Positions 7,969-18,055 of a DNA stretch of 64,000 bases are shown one piece after another (positions within the stretch are counted from its first letter, which is position 1; each line of letters begins with the position of its first letter). The stretch spans positions 34,067-98,066 of the forward strand of contig CAZRIX010000002.1 of assembly GCA_964600255.1 (NCBI GenBank), given 5' to 3'. The position numbers and the translations under genes were made by a program. The notes under the pieces are model-generated. The model was given only the letters and a program-made list of their open reading frames with translations, made no database searches and was not told where the DNA came from. This stretch comes from an uncultured Candidatus Saccharibacteria bacterium. GTDB lineage: Bacteria > Patescibacteriota > Minisyncoccia > Phycocordibacterales > PALSA-1337.

Positions 7969-10900
7969 ATGCATACAACAAAAAAGTATTTCAGTCGTTT
8001 CAAGGCACCTCTGACCGAGATGCCAAACCTGGTAGAATCACAGGTTAAATCATTCGAAGTTTTAATAGAACAAGGTATAAGTGAAGTTTTGAAGGAATTT
8101 TCTCCTATCAAAGACTATGCTGGTAAGAAATTCGAACTATCATTTGTAGGTTTCGAACTTGCTAAGCCAAAGTATGACGAGCATTTTGCTAAGAACAACA
8201 AGCTTTCATATGAAGGTCAGATCAAGGTAAAGGTAAAGTTGAAGAACAAGTTGCTGGATTCAACAAAAGAGCAGGAAATGTTCCTTGCTGATTTGCCATT
8301 GATGACCGATCACGGTACTTTCATCATTAACGGTATCGAGAGAGTGATAGTTGCTCAGCTAGCACGCTCATTCGGTATTTTCTTCACAGCAAATGAAGCA
8401 AAGGGTAAAACTTTCTTCGGTGCAAAGGTTATCCCAGCTCGCGGAGTTTGGATGGAGATCGAATCTGATTCAGACGGTACTATATATGTAAGAATCGACC
8501 GCAAGAGAAAGTTCCCAATCACATCTCTTCTAAGAATCCTAGGTGCACAGACAGATGCTGATATCCTAGCGTACTTTAAGGGTAATGAATTGGCTGTAAA
8601 AGCTATAGAACTTACTCTAGCAAAGGATCATGCAAAGACAGTTGATGATGCCTATGTTGAGATTCACAAGAGATTAAGAGATGGTGATCTAGCTACAGCA
8701 GACAATGCTCGTGAATTCATCGGAAATATTTTTAATCCAGAAAGATACGACATCAATCGTGTTGGACGTTTCCGTTTCAACAAGAGATTCAATAAGTCTA
8801 TGGATGAAAAGGAATTGGAGAGACGTACAGTTAATGCTGATGACGTTGCTACAATTATTTCTCATATCGTAGAGCTAAACAATACTCCAGATGCAGTTGA
8901 AGATGATATTGATCACCTAGGATCAAGACGTGTTCGATATGTTGGAGAGCTTCTACAGCAAAAGCTTCGTGTTGGTATGACACAGATGAAGAGAAATATT
9001 CAGGACAGAATGTCTACAGTAGAGCCTGATGTTACTTTGCCTGTGAATTTCGTTTTCCCACGTCCACTACAGGCACGTATTAAGGAATTCTTCACAACAA
9101 ACCAGCTATCACAGTTCATGGGTCAGGAAAACGTTCTATCTGAGATCGAAAACCTACGTCTTCTAACAGCACTCGGTCCTGGAGGTCTTACACGCGAGAG
9201 AGCAGGATTCGAGGTTCGTGACGTTCACCCTTCTCACTACGGAAGACTATGTCCGATCCACACACCAGAAGGTCCAAACATCGGTCTTGTGCTACGTCTT
9301 TCAACATATGCACGTATCAATGATTTCGGAATGATTGAAACTCCATATGCAAAGGTAAAGAATGGAAAGGTCACAGAGGAAATCTCATATCTAAACGCTC
9401 TTGAAGAAGAGAATTTCAGAATCGCTCACGCAGCTATTCCTTATGATAAGTCAGGTAAAATCACAGCTGATGAAGTTGAGGTTCGTATCAATGGTAAACC
9501 AGGTCTTGCAAAGGCAAATGACGTGGACTATATCGACGTATCAACAAACCAAGCCTTTTCTATCGGTACATCATTGATTCCTTTCCTAAACCACGACGAT
9601 GCAAACCGTGCACTCATGGGATCTAACATGCAAAGACAGGCTACTCCTTGTATCGTAACTGAAGCACCTCTAGTTGCTACAGGAATCGAAAAGCAAGCCG
9701 TTGTAGATACAGGAAGAATCGTTCTAGCTCCAGAAGACGGAGAGATCGTATATGTAGATGCAAAGAAAGTTATTTTTGAAGGTAAGAAAGTTGGAAAGAA
9801 GGAATACAATCTAGTTCACTTCTCAAGAACAAACGGATTTACATCTTTCCACCAGCGCCCAATCGTTAATCTAGGACAAAAAGTAAAGAAGGGAGATGTT
9901 CTAGTTGATACATCGACATCAGACAATGGAGAGATCGCTCTAGGACAAAACATGCTAGTAGCCTTCATGTCATGGTCAGGAAACAACTACGAAGACGCTA
10001 TTATTCTTTCAGAAAGAGTTGTTAAGAATAGTAAGTTTACATCAATCAACATTGAAGAATTCGTAGTAAACGTTCGCGATACAAAGCTAGGACCTGAAGT
10101 TACAACTTGCGATATTCCAAACGTCAGTGAAGCAAAGCTAAAGAATCTTGCAGAAGATGGAGTAGTTCGTGTTGGAGCAGAAGTTCGTCCAGGAGATATC
10201 TTGGTTGGTAAGATTTCACCAAAGGGTGAGACTCAACTTACACCAGAAGAGAGACTGCTACGCTCAATCTTCGGAGAAAAAGCTCGTGATGTAAAAGATA
10301 CATCAAAGAGAATGGAAGGAGGAAAGAGAGGACGTGTTATCTCAGTTAAGATTTTCTCTAGAGACAGAGGAGACAAGCTAGAATCTGGAATCATCAAGAA
10401 GATTTACATTGAAGTTGCAGAACTAAGAAATGTATCTGTTGGAGACAAGCTAGCTGGTCGTCACGGAAACAAGGGAGTTATTTCAAGAATCCTACCTGAG
10501 GAAGATATGCCATACATGGAAGATGGAACACCAGTAGATGTTATTCTAACACCACTTGGAGTGCCTTCACGTATGAACCTAGGACAGATTCTAGAACTTC
10601 ACCTTGGTCTAGCTGCAAATACTCTAGGATACCAGGCTATTGTTCCACCATTTACAGGAGCTACTGATGTTGAAATCAAGGAGGAGCTTGTAAAGGCAGG
10701 ATTCGATGCTTCAGGTAAAATGAAACTACGCGATGGTAGAACAGGAGTACATTTCGATCAGCCAATCGCTGTTGGTTATATGTACATCTTGAAACTTCAC
10801 CACATGGTTGAGGATAAAATCCACATGCGTTCAATCGGACCTTACTCTCTCATTACTCAACAGCCACTTGGAGGTAAAGCTCAGGGTGGAGGACAGAGAT

Positions 10901-11145
10901 TCGGAGAAATGGAAGTCTGGGCACTTCTAGGTCACGGAGCAGCACATACACTACGAGAAATCCTAACAATCAAGTCAGATGATATCCAGGGACGTTCACA
11001 GGCATTCGATTCAATCGTTAAGGGAGAGAGAATGAAACAGCCAAACCTTCCAGCATCATTCAACGTGCTTCTAAAGTCACTACGTGGCTTGGCTCTTGAT
11101 GTAGAACTTATTAAAAAGGGTCGCACTGAGGAAGAAACAGAGTAA
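7969..11145 (+). CDS. rpoB: DNA-directed RNA polymerase subunit beta
   Basis: Canonical RpoB motifs throughout. The ORF opens at 7945, but the Met at 7969 (MHTTKKYFSRF...) is the likelier start. Confidence 0.97.
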   Translation: MHTTKKYFSRFKAPLTEMPNLVESQVKSFEVLIEQGISEVLKEFSPIKDYAGKKFELSFVGFELAKPKYDEHFAKNNKLSYEGQIKVKVKLKNKLLDSTKEQEMFLADLPLMTDHGTFIINGIERVIVAQLARSFGIFFTANEAKGKTFFGAKVIPARGVWMEIESDSDGTIYVRIDRKRKFPITSLLRILGAQTDADILAYFKGNELAVKAIELTLAKDHAKTVDDAYVEIHKRLRDGDLATADNAREFIGNIFNPERYDINRVGRFRFNKRFNKSMDEKELERRTVNADDVATIISHIVELNNTPDAVEDDIDHLGSRRVRYVGELLQQKLRVGMTQMKRNIQDRMSTVEPDVTLPVNFVFPRPLQARIKEFFTTNQLSQFMGQENVLSEIENLRLLTALGPGGLTRERAGFEVRDVHPSHYGRLCPIHTPEGPNIGLVLRLSTYARINDFGMIETPYAKVKNGKVTEEISYLNALEEENFRIAHAAIPYDKSGKITADEVEVRINGKPGLAKANDVDYIDVSTNQAFSIGTSLIPFLNHDDANRALMGSNMQRQATPCIVTEAPLVATGIEKQAVVDTGRIVLAPEDGEIVYVDAKKVIFEGKKVGKKEYNLVHFSRTNGFTSFHQRPIVNLGQKVKKGDVLVDTSTSDNGEIALGQNMLVAFMSWSGNNYEDAIILSERVVKNSKFTSINIEEFVVNVRDTKLGPEVTTCDIPNVSEAKLKNLAEDGVVRVGAEVRPGDILVGKISPKGETQLTPEERLLRSIFGEKARDVKDTSKRMEGGKRGRVISVKIFSRDRGDKLESGIIKKIYIEVAELRNVSVGDKLAGRHGNKGVISRILPEEDMPYMEDGTPVDVILTPLGVPSRMNLGQILELHLGLAANTLGYQAIVPPFTGATDVEIKEELVKAGFDASGKMKLRDGRTGVHFDQPIAVGYMYILKLHHMVEDKIHMRSIGPYSLITQQPLGGKAQGGGQRFGEMEVWALLGHGAAHTLREILTIKSDDIQGRSQAFDSIVKGERMKQPNLPASFNVLLKSLRGLALDVELIKKGRTEEETE

Positions 11146-11157
11146 TACAATAATTAT

Positions 11158-11952
11158 ATGAATAAAATTATAAAAATAATTATTGCGACAATTGCCATCC
11201 TGCTTATTGGCGGAGCTATATATGCTATAAAATATTACGATCCGAAGGCACCAAAATATAGCAAAGAAGTAAACACTTCCGTTTCTGATTGGAAGACTTA
11301 TACAAGTACTAAATTTGGATTTGAAATAAAATATCCTAATGATTGGAAGATCGATGAAAATACTGGAGGATTGGATACTTCTATTTCTATTTACAAGCCA
11401 AATAGTTCAACAGGAGGCAATGATGTTTTAGAAAACAGAATACATATAGATATCAACCCTTCATGTGATTCGACAGCTTGGACAATCAGTGGAAACGAAA
11501 TATACGATTCATTTAATATACTTAATGTGTGTTTGGATTCTAGTAAGTCATTGCAAGCAAAATTAACGGCTTTAAATGATGATTATAAAACTATAGAAGA
11601 TCTAATTATTTCTACGTTCAAACTTACCTCTCCAACAAATACTTCATCAACACAGTCATCAGAATCAATAGGTATTCAGGTAATTTCTCCTAAGTCAGGT
11701 GATAAATTGGTAATTGGTAAAACTTACGACGTAAAGTGGTCAAATTATTCTGGCCAAGAGAAGCTAAATATAGTGCTAGTTGGAAAGAAGTCTTCAACGG
11801 TAATCACTTCAACATTAAAGGCAGCTAACGTCGGTACTTATACAATGACAGTACCAGCTGTTGATACAAGTGATACTTATAAAATAGAAGTATATCCAGC
11901 AGGAGGTAGAGAGCTAGTCGGAAGAAGCGGAGAGTTCACTATTACCAATTAA
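11158..11952 (+). CDS. Membrane-anchored Ser/Thr-rich protein of unknown function, inserted between rpoB and rpoC
   Basis: N-terminal TM helix (IIKIIIATIAILLIGGAIYAI). It starts 12 nt after the rpoB stop and ends 23 nt before the rpoC start, with no terminator on either side. Confidence 0.6.
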   Translation: MNKIIKIIIATIAILLIGGAIYAIKYYDPKAPKYSKEVNTSVSDWKTYTSTKFGFEIKYPNDWKIDENTGGLDTSISIYKPNSSTGGNDVLENRIHIDINPSCDSTAWTISGNEIYDSFNILNVCLDSSKSLQAKLTALNDDYKTIEDLIISTFKLTSPTNTSSTQSSESIGIQVISPKSGDKLVIGKTYDVKWSNYSGQEKLNIVLVGKKSSTVITSTLKAANVGTYTMTVPAVDTSDTYKIEVYPAGGRELVGRSGEFTITN

Positions 11953-11975
11953 TTTCATCAAATAATATAAAATAT

Positions 11976-14900
11976 ATGGAAAAATATACAAACAAAAAAA
12001 TGAATGATCCTCAAGATTTCGATGCTGTGAAGCTCGGAGTTGCTTCTCCAGAGAAAATCCTTGAATGGTCATTTGGTGAAATCACAAAGCCCGAGACTAT
12101 CAACTACAGAACACAGCGTTCTGAGAAGAGCGGTCTATTTGATGAAAAAATCTTTGGTCCAGATCGTGACTATGAGTGTTACTGTGGTAAATACCGTGGT
12201 ATTCGTTATAAGGGAATTATCTGTGAAAAGTGTGGAGTTGAAATCACACGCTCAATAGTTCGCCGTGAGAGAATGGGTCATATCGAGCTAGCTACTCCTG
12301 TATCACATATCTGGTTCCTACGCTCTATGCCATCAAGAATTGGTCTAGTTCTTGGAATGACTACTTCTGATCTAGAAAAGGTAGTTTACTTTGCTGGATA
12401 CATCGTTACAAAGATTCACCAGGGAGAGAAAGATTCATTCCTAAAGGAATTGGATTCTGAATACAAGACAAAGGTAAAGGCAGCTCAGGACGACAAGACA
12501 AAGGAAGCTCTAAAGGAACTTGTAGTTACAGCTCGTCGTGAAATCGAAAGTCTAGAACCTGGATTTGTTATGGATGAGGTTCAGTACCACAAGTACTCAA
12601 TGAAGTATGGTTCACTGTTTGAGGCAGGAATCGGAGCTGAAGCCATTTTTGAAATATTAAAAAAGACAGATATGGTAAAGCTTCTAGAATCTCTAAATGC
12701 AGAATTCGAGAAGGCAAGTGCAATCGAGAAGGAGAAGCTTTCAAAGAGAATTTCTTTGATCAAGTCTATGATCAAGTCTGAAACACGACCTGAATGGATG
12801 TTCCTTACAAGAATTCCAGTTATTCCACCAGCACTTCGCCCTATGGTTGCTCTAGATGGAGGACGTTATGCAACATCAGATGCAAACGATCTATACCGAA
12901 GAGTTATCAACCGTAACAACCGTCTTCTAAAGCTAAAGGAAATTGACGCTCCAGATGTTATCTTGAGAAATGAAAAAAGAATTCTTCAGGAAGCTGTTGA
13001 TGCCCTAATCGACAACTCAATCCGTCATGGTGCAGCTACAGGAGCAGCAGCTATCCAGGCTCAAAAGCGCGCTCTGAAGTCACTTTCAGACAATTTGAAG
13101 AGTAAGAGAGGTCTATTCCGTCAAAACCTTCTAGGAAAGCGTGTAGACTACTCAGGACGTTCTGTAATCGTTGTTGGACCTGAACTAGCTCTTGACCAGT
13201 GTGGACTTCCAAAGCACATGGCTCTTGAACTTTTCCGTCCATTCGTTATCTCAGGACTATTGAAGAGAGAACTAGCATTCAACATTCGTGGAGCTGGTAA
13301 GCTTATCGATGAAGGTGCAAAGGAAGTTTGGGAAATTCTAGAAGAAGTTATTGAAGGTAAGTACGTTCTACTAAACCGTGCTCCTACTCTACACAGACTA
13401 GGTATCCAGGCTTTCCGCCCAACCTTGATCGAAGGTAACGCTATCCAGGTTCACCCTCTAGTATGTACAGCTTTCAACGCTGACTTCGACGGAGACCAGA
13501 TGGCCGTTCACGTTCCACTTGGAGTTGAAGCTCAACTTGAAGCAAAGGAGATCATGGCTTCAAATAAAAATATTCTAAAGCCAGGAAACGGAGATCCTAC
13601 TGTTGTAGCAAAGCTACTTGATATCGTGCTTGGATGTTTCTGGGTTACAAAGGCGGTTGATGGAGAAATAGGAGAAGGTAAAATCTTCGAAAGTCCAGAA
13701 GCAGCTCTTTCAGCTCATAACTTCGGTGCAGTGTCATATCGCTCAAAGGTAAAGGTTCTTCCAGGAGAAGGTAAGAAGTACGAACAATTTGATGGAAAGC
13801 TATTCGAGACAACAGTTGGAAGAATTCTTTTCAACAATATGCTTCCAGCAGACTTCGCATTTATCAACAAGGAAATCGATCGTAAGAAGCTATCAGGAAT
13901 TATCGATGAACTTATCATTTCACATGGTATTGCTCAGATCCCTGGTATCCTAGACGGAATCAAGGCATTCGGATTCAAGTATGCTACTCATTCAGGTACA
14001 ACTTGGGGTATCGATGACGTTGTAATTCCAGAAGGAAAGAAGGATGTTATCGCTCAAGCAAAGGTAAAGTCAGAAGAGGTTATGAATCAATTCGGTGAAG
14101 GTCTTCTAACTGATGAAGAGAGACTACGTAAGAATATTGAGATCTGGCACAAGGCCAAGAACGATGTTGAAAAGCTAATCCCTGCGTCACTAGATAAGAT
14201 GGGATCAGTTTACGACATGGTTAACTCTGGAGCCAGAGGATCATACTCACAGATTACACAGATGGCGGGTATGAAGGGTCTTATCGCATCTACATCTGGA
14301 GAGACAATCGAATTCCCAATTCTATCTTGTTCAAAGGAAGGTCTAACACCTATCGAATACTTCATTACAACTCACGGTTCAAGAAAGGGTCTAACAGACA
14401 CAGCTTTGAACACAGCTAAGGCTGGTTATCTAACAAGAAAGCTTTTCGTTGTTGCTCAGGACGTTATGATCAATGAAGATGATTGTGGTACAAAGGACTC
14501 AATTATCATCAAGAAACAAACAGCTTCAGGAATCAACATTCCACTTTCAAAGAACATCAGAGGAAGAGTCCTTGCTGAAGATATCGTAGACAAGAGTGGA
14601 GCCGTTCTTTTCAAAAAGAATCACCTACTTACAAAGCTTGAAGCACAGAAGGTTGAAGAGACAGGAATCGAATCAGTTCATGTTCGCTCACCACTTTCAT
14701 GTAAGAGTATTAAGGGAGTTTGTGCACAATGTTATGGAGTGGATCTAGGAAACAACAAGATTGTTGAACTTGGAGAAGCTGTTGGAACAGTTGCAGGACA
14801 AGCTATCGGTGAACCAGGAACACAGCTAACAATGCGTACATTCCACGCCGGAGGTACAGCGTCAGTTGGAGGAGACATCACTCAGGGTCTACCACGTGTT

Positions 14901-15659
14901 GAAGAAATTTTTGAAAAGAGAAGACCAAAGAATCCTGCCGTTATCGCAACAGTTACAGGAACAGTTACAGAAATCAAGGATCTTGGAAAAGAGAAGTCAA
15001 TCAAGATTATGCCGGAAATGGAAGATCGCGCAAAGGGCAAGAAGGCAAGTGAAGTTGAATATCTATTCAATGTAAAGCGTGTACCTTTCGTTAAGGTTGG
15101 TGACCAAGTGAACAAGGGAGACATCATTACAGACGGATCAGCAGATATTGATGAGAAATTCGAATATGCAGGTGCAGAGAAGGCAAAGAATTACGTTATC
15201 GGAGAAATCGCAAAGATTTACGAACTTCAGGGAGAAACCGTTGCTCGTAAGCACATTGAGATTATCGTGAAGCAGATGTTCTCAAGAAGAAAGGTAACTG
15301 AGACTGGAGACACAAATCTAGCAGAGGGTACTATCGTTGATGATCTACAGCTACAAGAGGAGAATGCAATGGCAAAGGCAAATGGAGGAGCACCAGCCAA
15401 GGCAGAGCCAGTAGTTATGGGTATCACCGAAGTATCACTATCACGTAAGAGTTTCCTATCAGCAGCATCATTCCAGCACACAACACGCGTACTTATCAAC
15501 AGTGCAGTTCGTGGAAGTGAGGATGATCTAGTAGGTTTGATGGAAAACGTTATCATCGGCCGCCTAATCCCAGCAGGATCAGGATTCGTTGGAAGTCCAA
15601 AGCAAAGAATGATTGCAGAGGTACAACCAAAGGAAGGGGAGGACGAAGAGAATTACTAA
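11976..15659 (+). CDS. rpoC: DNA-directed RNA polymerase subunit beta'
   Basis: Zinc-finger CxxC motifs and the NADFDGDQM catalytic loop. Full-length at 1227 aa. Confidence 0.97.
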   Translation: MEKYTNKKMNDPQDFDAVKLGVASPEKILEWSFGEITKPETINYRTQRSEKSGLFDEKIFGPDRDYECYCGKYRGIRYKGIICEKCGVEITRSIVRRERMGHIELATPVSHIWFLRSMPSRIGLVLGMTTSDLEKVVYFAGYIVTKIHQGEKDSFLKELDSEYKTKVKAAQDDKTKEALKELVVTARREIESLEPGFVMDEVQYHKYSMKYGSLFEAGIGAEAIFEILKKTDMVKLLESLNAEFEKASAIEKEKLSKRISLIKSMIKSETRPEWMFLTRIPVIPPALRPMVALDGGRYATSDANDLYRRVINRNNRLLKLKEIDAPDVILRNEKRILQEAVDALIDNSIRHGAATGAAAIQAQKRALKSLSDNLKSKRGLFRQNLLGKRVDYSGRSVIVVGPELALDQCGLPKHMALELFRPFVISGLLKRELAFNIRGAGKLIDEGAKEVWEILEEVIEGKYVLLNRAPTLHRLGIQAFRPTLIEGNAIQVHPLVCTAFNADFDGDQMAVHVPLGVEAQLEAKEIMASNKNILKPGNGDPTVVAKLLDIVLGCFWVTKAVDGEIGEGKIFESPEAALSAHNFGAVSYRSKVKVLPGEGKKYEQFDGKLFETTVGRILFNNMLPADFAFINKEIDRKKLSGIIDELIISHGIAQIPGILDGIKAFGFKYATHSGTTWGIDDVVIPEGKKDVIAQAKVKSEEVMNQFGEGLLTDEERLRKNIEIWHKAKNDVEKLIPASLDKMGSVYDMVNSGARGSYSQITQMAGMKGLIASTSGETIEFPILSCSKEGLTPIEYFITTHGSRKGLTDTALNTAKAGYLTRKLFVVAQDVMINEDDCGTKDSIIIKKQTASGINIPLSKNIRGRVLAEDIVDKSGAVLFKKNHLLTKLEAQKVEETGIESVHVRSPLSCKSIKGVCAQCYGVDLGNNKIVELGEAVGTVAGQAIGEPGTQLTMRTFHAGGTASVGGDITQGLPRVEEIFEKRRPKNPAVIATVTGTVTEIKDLGKEKSIKIMPEMEDRAKGKKASEVEYLFNVKRVPFVKVGDQVNKGDIITDGSADIDEKFEYAGAEKAKNYVIGEIAKIYELQGETVARKHIEIIVKQMFSRRKVTETGDTNLAEGTIVDDLQLQEENAMAKANGGAPAKAEPVVMGITEVSLSRKSFLSAASFQHTTRVLINSAVRGSEDDLVGLMENVIIGRLIPAGSGFVGSPKQRMIAEVQPKEGEDEENY

Positions 15660-15689
15660 TATTTTGTAGACTTAAGTAATATATAAAGC

Positions 15690-15720
15690 AAAGAGGGTCC
15701 GAAAGGGCTCTTTTTGCTTT
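15690..15720 (+). terminator. Intrinsic terminator after rpoC
   Basis: aAGAGGGTCCgaaaGGGCTCTtttttgcttt. Confidence 0.6.
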
Positions 15721-15797
15721 GTTTGACAACGATATATATTTTTTATAGTATTTGGCTGTTACTCTCGGTAACCAAAACTAGTACAGAAGGGTTAAAC

Positions 15798-16148
15798 ATG
15801 ACTATAGATCTCGGTGTTTGTGCTTGGGTGATTCTTCCAAAGAGAAGGTTCGACAAAGTATGGACTTACGTTCATCAAAATGATATGGAATCTGGATTCT
15901 GTCATCATAATATTGGACCTGAATATTCAGTAAGAAGTTATCATCACAGCGAAGAGGAGCTCTTCATTAATCTAATGTCAATAAGAGAGTGTATTGTTGA
16001 CTACGATGTCCCTGGTGGAAAAGAAGATGAGCTTGAGTATACTAATTTGTATAAAGGTTTGTTGCGTATCCTAAGGCGCCATGTCTTTAAAGCGAAAGAA
16101 GTAAATATTGATGACCTTCATATGATCTTACTTCGTGTATCTGCTTAG
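15798..16148 (+). CDS. Hypothetical protein
   Basis: The ORF opens at 15714 inside the rpoC terminator, so the start is more likely the Met at 15798 (MTIDLG...). No recognised domain. Confidence 0.4.
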   Translation: MTIDLGVCAWVILPKRRFDKVWTYVHQNDMESGFCHHNIGPEYSVRSYHHSEEELFINLMSIRECIVDYDVPGGKEDELEYTNLYKGLLRILRRHVFKAKEVNIDDLHMILLRVSA

Positions 16149-16157
16149 TTCTCGTGT

Positions 16158-16245
16158 CACGCAGCAACTACGTACACACCGACGAAACGGTGCGGTGTTC
16201 ACTCACCAACCCTGGCGATTCCTCACGGATTCGCCGGTTTTTTAA
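16158..16245 (+). repeat. Repeat R1: two-hairpin GC-rich module ending in an intrinsic terminator
   Basis: ACACCGACGAAACGGTGC...ACCAACCCTGGCGATTCCTcacGGATTCGCCGG plus T6. It is paralogous to 16712-16790. Confidence 0.7.
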
Positions 16246-16384
16246 TCTAAATGAGTGGAGGGATCTGATGACTTCATATGCTCATTACTCTTTGACATGG
16301 GTGTTGTTTAATGATATTTTGTTGTGTGTGGACTGGCGTGCAAAAGTAAGCCGTGATGGTCCAAAGTACATATAAAACCTGGTT

Positions 16385-16705
16385 ATGATAACTAGAAAGA
16401 CTGTCTGCATAGTCACTGTGATTGTGATGGTCGCTTGCGCAAGCATTGGCGTACCAGTGTTGGTTGCATACGAAGAGGACTTCGTAATCGCTGTCAATTC
16501 GTTAGAATCTCATGGCAGAGACACGACGTATGTCTGTCGCTGGACTGACGGAAAGGTTGCACTGATGCACAGTTCCACTGGTGAAGTTTGTATTCTCTCT
16601 ATTCAATGTAACTTCCAAAACATCGCGGTGGGCGAAACCTACACCGCCATGCCGGGACTTACATGTAGATGGGGACGTCTTCCTGGACAACTCAGGAAGG
16701 TATAA
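16385..16705 (+). CDS. Small Cys-rich secreted/membrane-anchored protein; GC-rich
   Basis: Signal/anchor sequence (VCIVTVIVMVACASIGVPVLVA). It sits between repeats R1 and R2. GC is elevated. Confidence 0.4.
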   Translation: MITRKTVCIVTVIVMVACASIGVPVLVAYEEDFVIAVNSLESHGRDTTYVCRWTDGKVALMHSSTGEVCILSIQCNFQNIAVGETYTAMPGLTCRWGRLPGQLRKV

Positions 16706-16711
16706 CAGTTT

Positions 16712-16790
16712 ACATAGCGTTCACACCGACGAAACGGTGCTGGTACAAAATACCAACCCTGGCGATTCCTAGCGGAGTCGCCGGTTTTTT
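16712..16790 (+). repeat. Repeat R2: second copy of the two-hairpin terminator module
   Basis: ACACCGACGAAACGGTGC...ACCAACCCTGGCGATTCCTagcGGAGTCGCCGG plus T7, with compensatory changes in the stem. Confidence 0.7.
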
Positions 16791-16796
16791 TATATA

Positions 16797-18017
16797 CTAC
16801 TTCAAATACGTAATATCTCTTGGATAAAACGTATTTGCAGTCCACTCGCCAGCTATTTCAAAACGTTTACGCCATGATAGGAAGTTGAATAGATAAATTG
16901 TTCTCCATACCCACCACATTATTCTTCCACTTACATTTATACCAAAGAAATTTCCGATAGCATACCACTGACCAATAGATATGAGGAGTCCTTTTGATTT
17001 GAAATCAAAAGATCGTGGTTTTTTATTAGACTTTGTGGCTATTATAAAAATATTATCCGCTAAGACCTTGCTTTGCTGTACCGCAACCTGTGCCAACATT
17101 GGAAAGGTTCCAGACGCATCTCCAAGTGCAAAGGTATGTGGATCATTCTGACTGTGGAGTGAAGAGTCTACCTCCATACGTCCTTTTGCTCCTACTGCTA
17201 CGCCTTTTATCTCGGATAAAGTTGGTGCTACACCTGCAACCCAAACGAGTGTATGAGCTTTTAAGCTACTGCCATCTTTAAAACTTAGAGCATATGGTTC
17301 AACCTTGGTAACTATAGCGTTTGCAACTACGTTTATCCCAAGCTCGCCCAACCTTTTAAGTGCCAATGCCCGCATTTTCACTGGGAACTGAGAGATAATA
17401 TCTGGTGTGGCAGTGACAAGTGAGATATGTATATCTGACTCAACAAAACCAGATCTACTATAGTAGGTTTTTAGCAATAAATGCATATACTCAGCGTACT
17501 CTGCTGCCAATTCAACTCCAGTAGGTCCAGCGCCTACAATAGCAACTTTCAGCATGTCTTTGTTGCCAGTTTCGACTGCTTGCTCAAATGTCTGCAATAT
17601 ATGGTTGCGTAGAACTATTGCATCGTGAAGACTCTTTAGAGTAAAGCAATGTTCCTTTGCGCCTACGGTACCAAAATAGTTCGTATCAGCTCCAGTCGCA
17701 ACAACAAGAAAGTCGTATGAATATTGAGATTTGTCTGTAATGACTCGCTTCGAATTTTGATCCACTTCAATAACTTCATCCTCAACAAAGTTTACACATG
17801 TGCCACGAAAGACCTCGCGGATAGGCTCTACAATACTTGTTGGAGATAGACCACCAGTAGCGACTTCGTGAAGTAGTGGAGTGAAAAGGAAAAAATTGGA
17901 ACGATTGATTAAAGTGATTTCTATTGTATTTTTTTCGAAAAGTTTTTCGAGACGGCGAGCAGTATAGACTCCACCGAATCCTCCACCTACTATAACTATT
18001 TTTGTTTTTTCTTTCAT
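16797..18017 (-). CDS. ndh: Type II NADH dehydrogenase / FAD-dependent pyridine nucleotide-disulfide oxidoreductase
   Basis: Two Rossmann GxGxxG motifs (IVIVGGGFGGVYTA and VAIVGAGPTGVELAAE) and a C-terminal hydrophobic segment. Confidence 0.8.
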   Translation of the reverse strand: MKEKTKIVIVGGGFGGVYTARRLEKLFEKNTIEITLINRSNFFLFTPLLHEVATGGLSPTSIVEPIREVFRGTCVNFVEDEVIEVDQNSKRVITDKSQYSYDFLVVATGADTNYFGTVGAKEHCFTLKSLHDAIVLRNHILQTFEQAVETGNKDMLKVAIVGAGPTGVELAAEYAEYMHLLLKTYYSRSGFVESDIHISLVTATPDIISQFPVKMRALALKRLGELGINVVANAIVTKVEPYALSFKDGSSLKAHTLVWVAGVAPTLSEIKGVAVGAKGRMEVDSSLHSQNDPHTFALGDASGTFPMLAQVAVQQSKVLADNIFIIATKSNKKPRSFDFKSKGLLISIGQWYAIGNFFGINVSGRIMWWVWRTIYLFNFLSWRKRFEIAGEWTANTFYPRDITYLK

Positions 18018-18055
18018 TGCTTTTCATTATATAGCATTTAACTTATAATATAAAC

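Noticed and set aside
16158-16790. Diversity-generating retroelement TR/VR pair, since the two copies are near-identical GC-rich repeats with scattered differences.
   Set aside because: The differences are not restricted to adenine positions. They preserve the base-pairing of the GC stem, which is terminator-like behaviour. No reverse transcriptase or Avd gene is in the window.
16150-16800. Integron cassette attC sites as an explanation for the repeated hairpin modules.
   Set aside because: There are no GTTRRRY core or RYYYAAC inverse-core sequences, and no intI is present. The hairpins end in T-tracts typical of intrinsic terminators.
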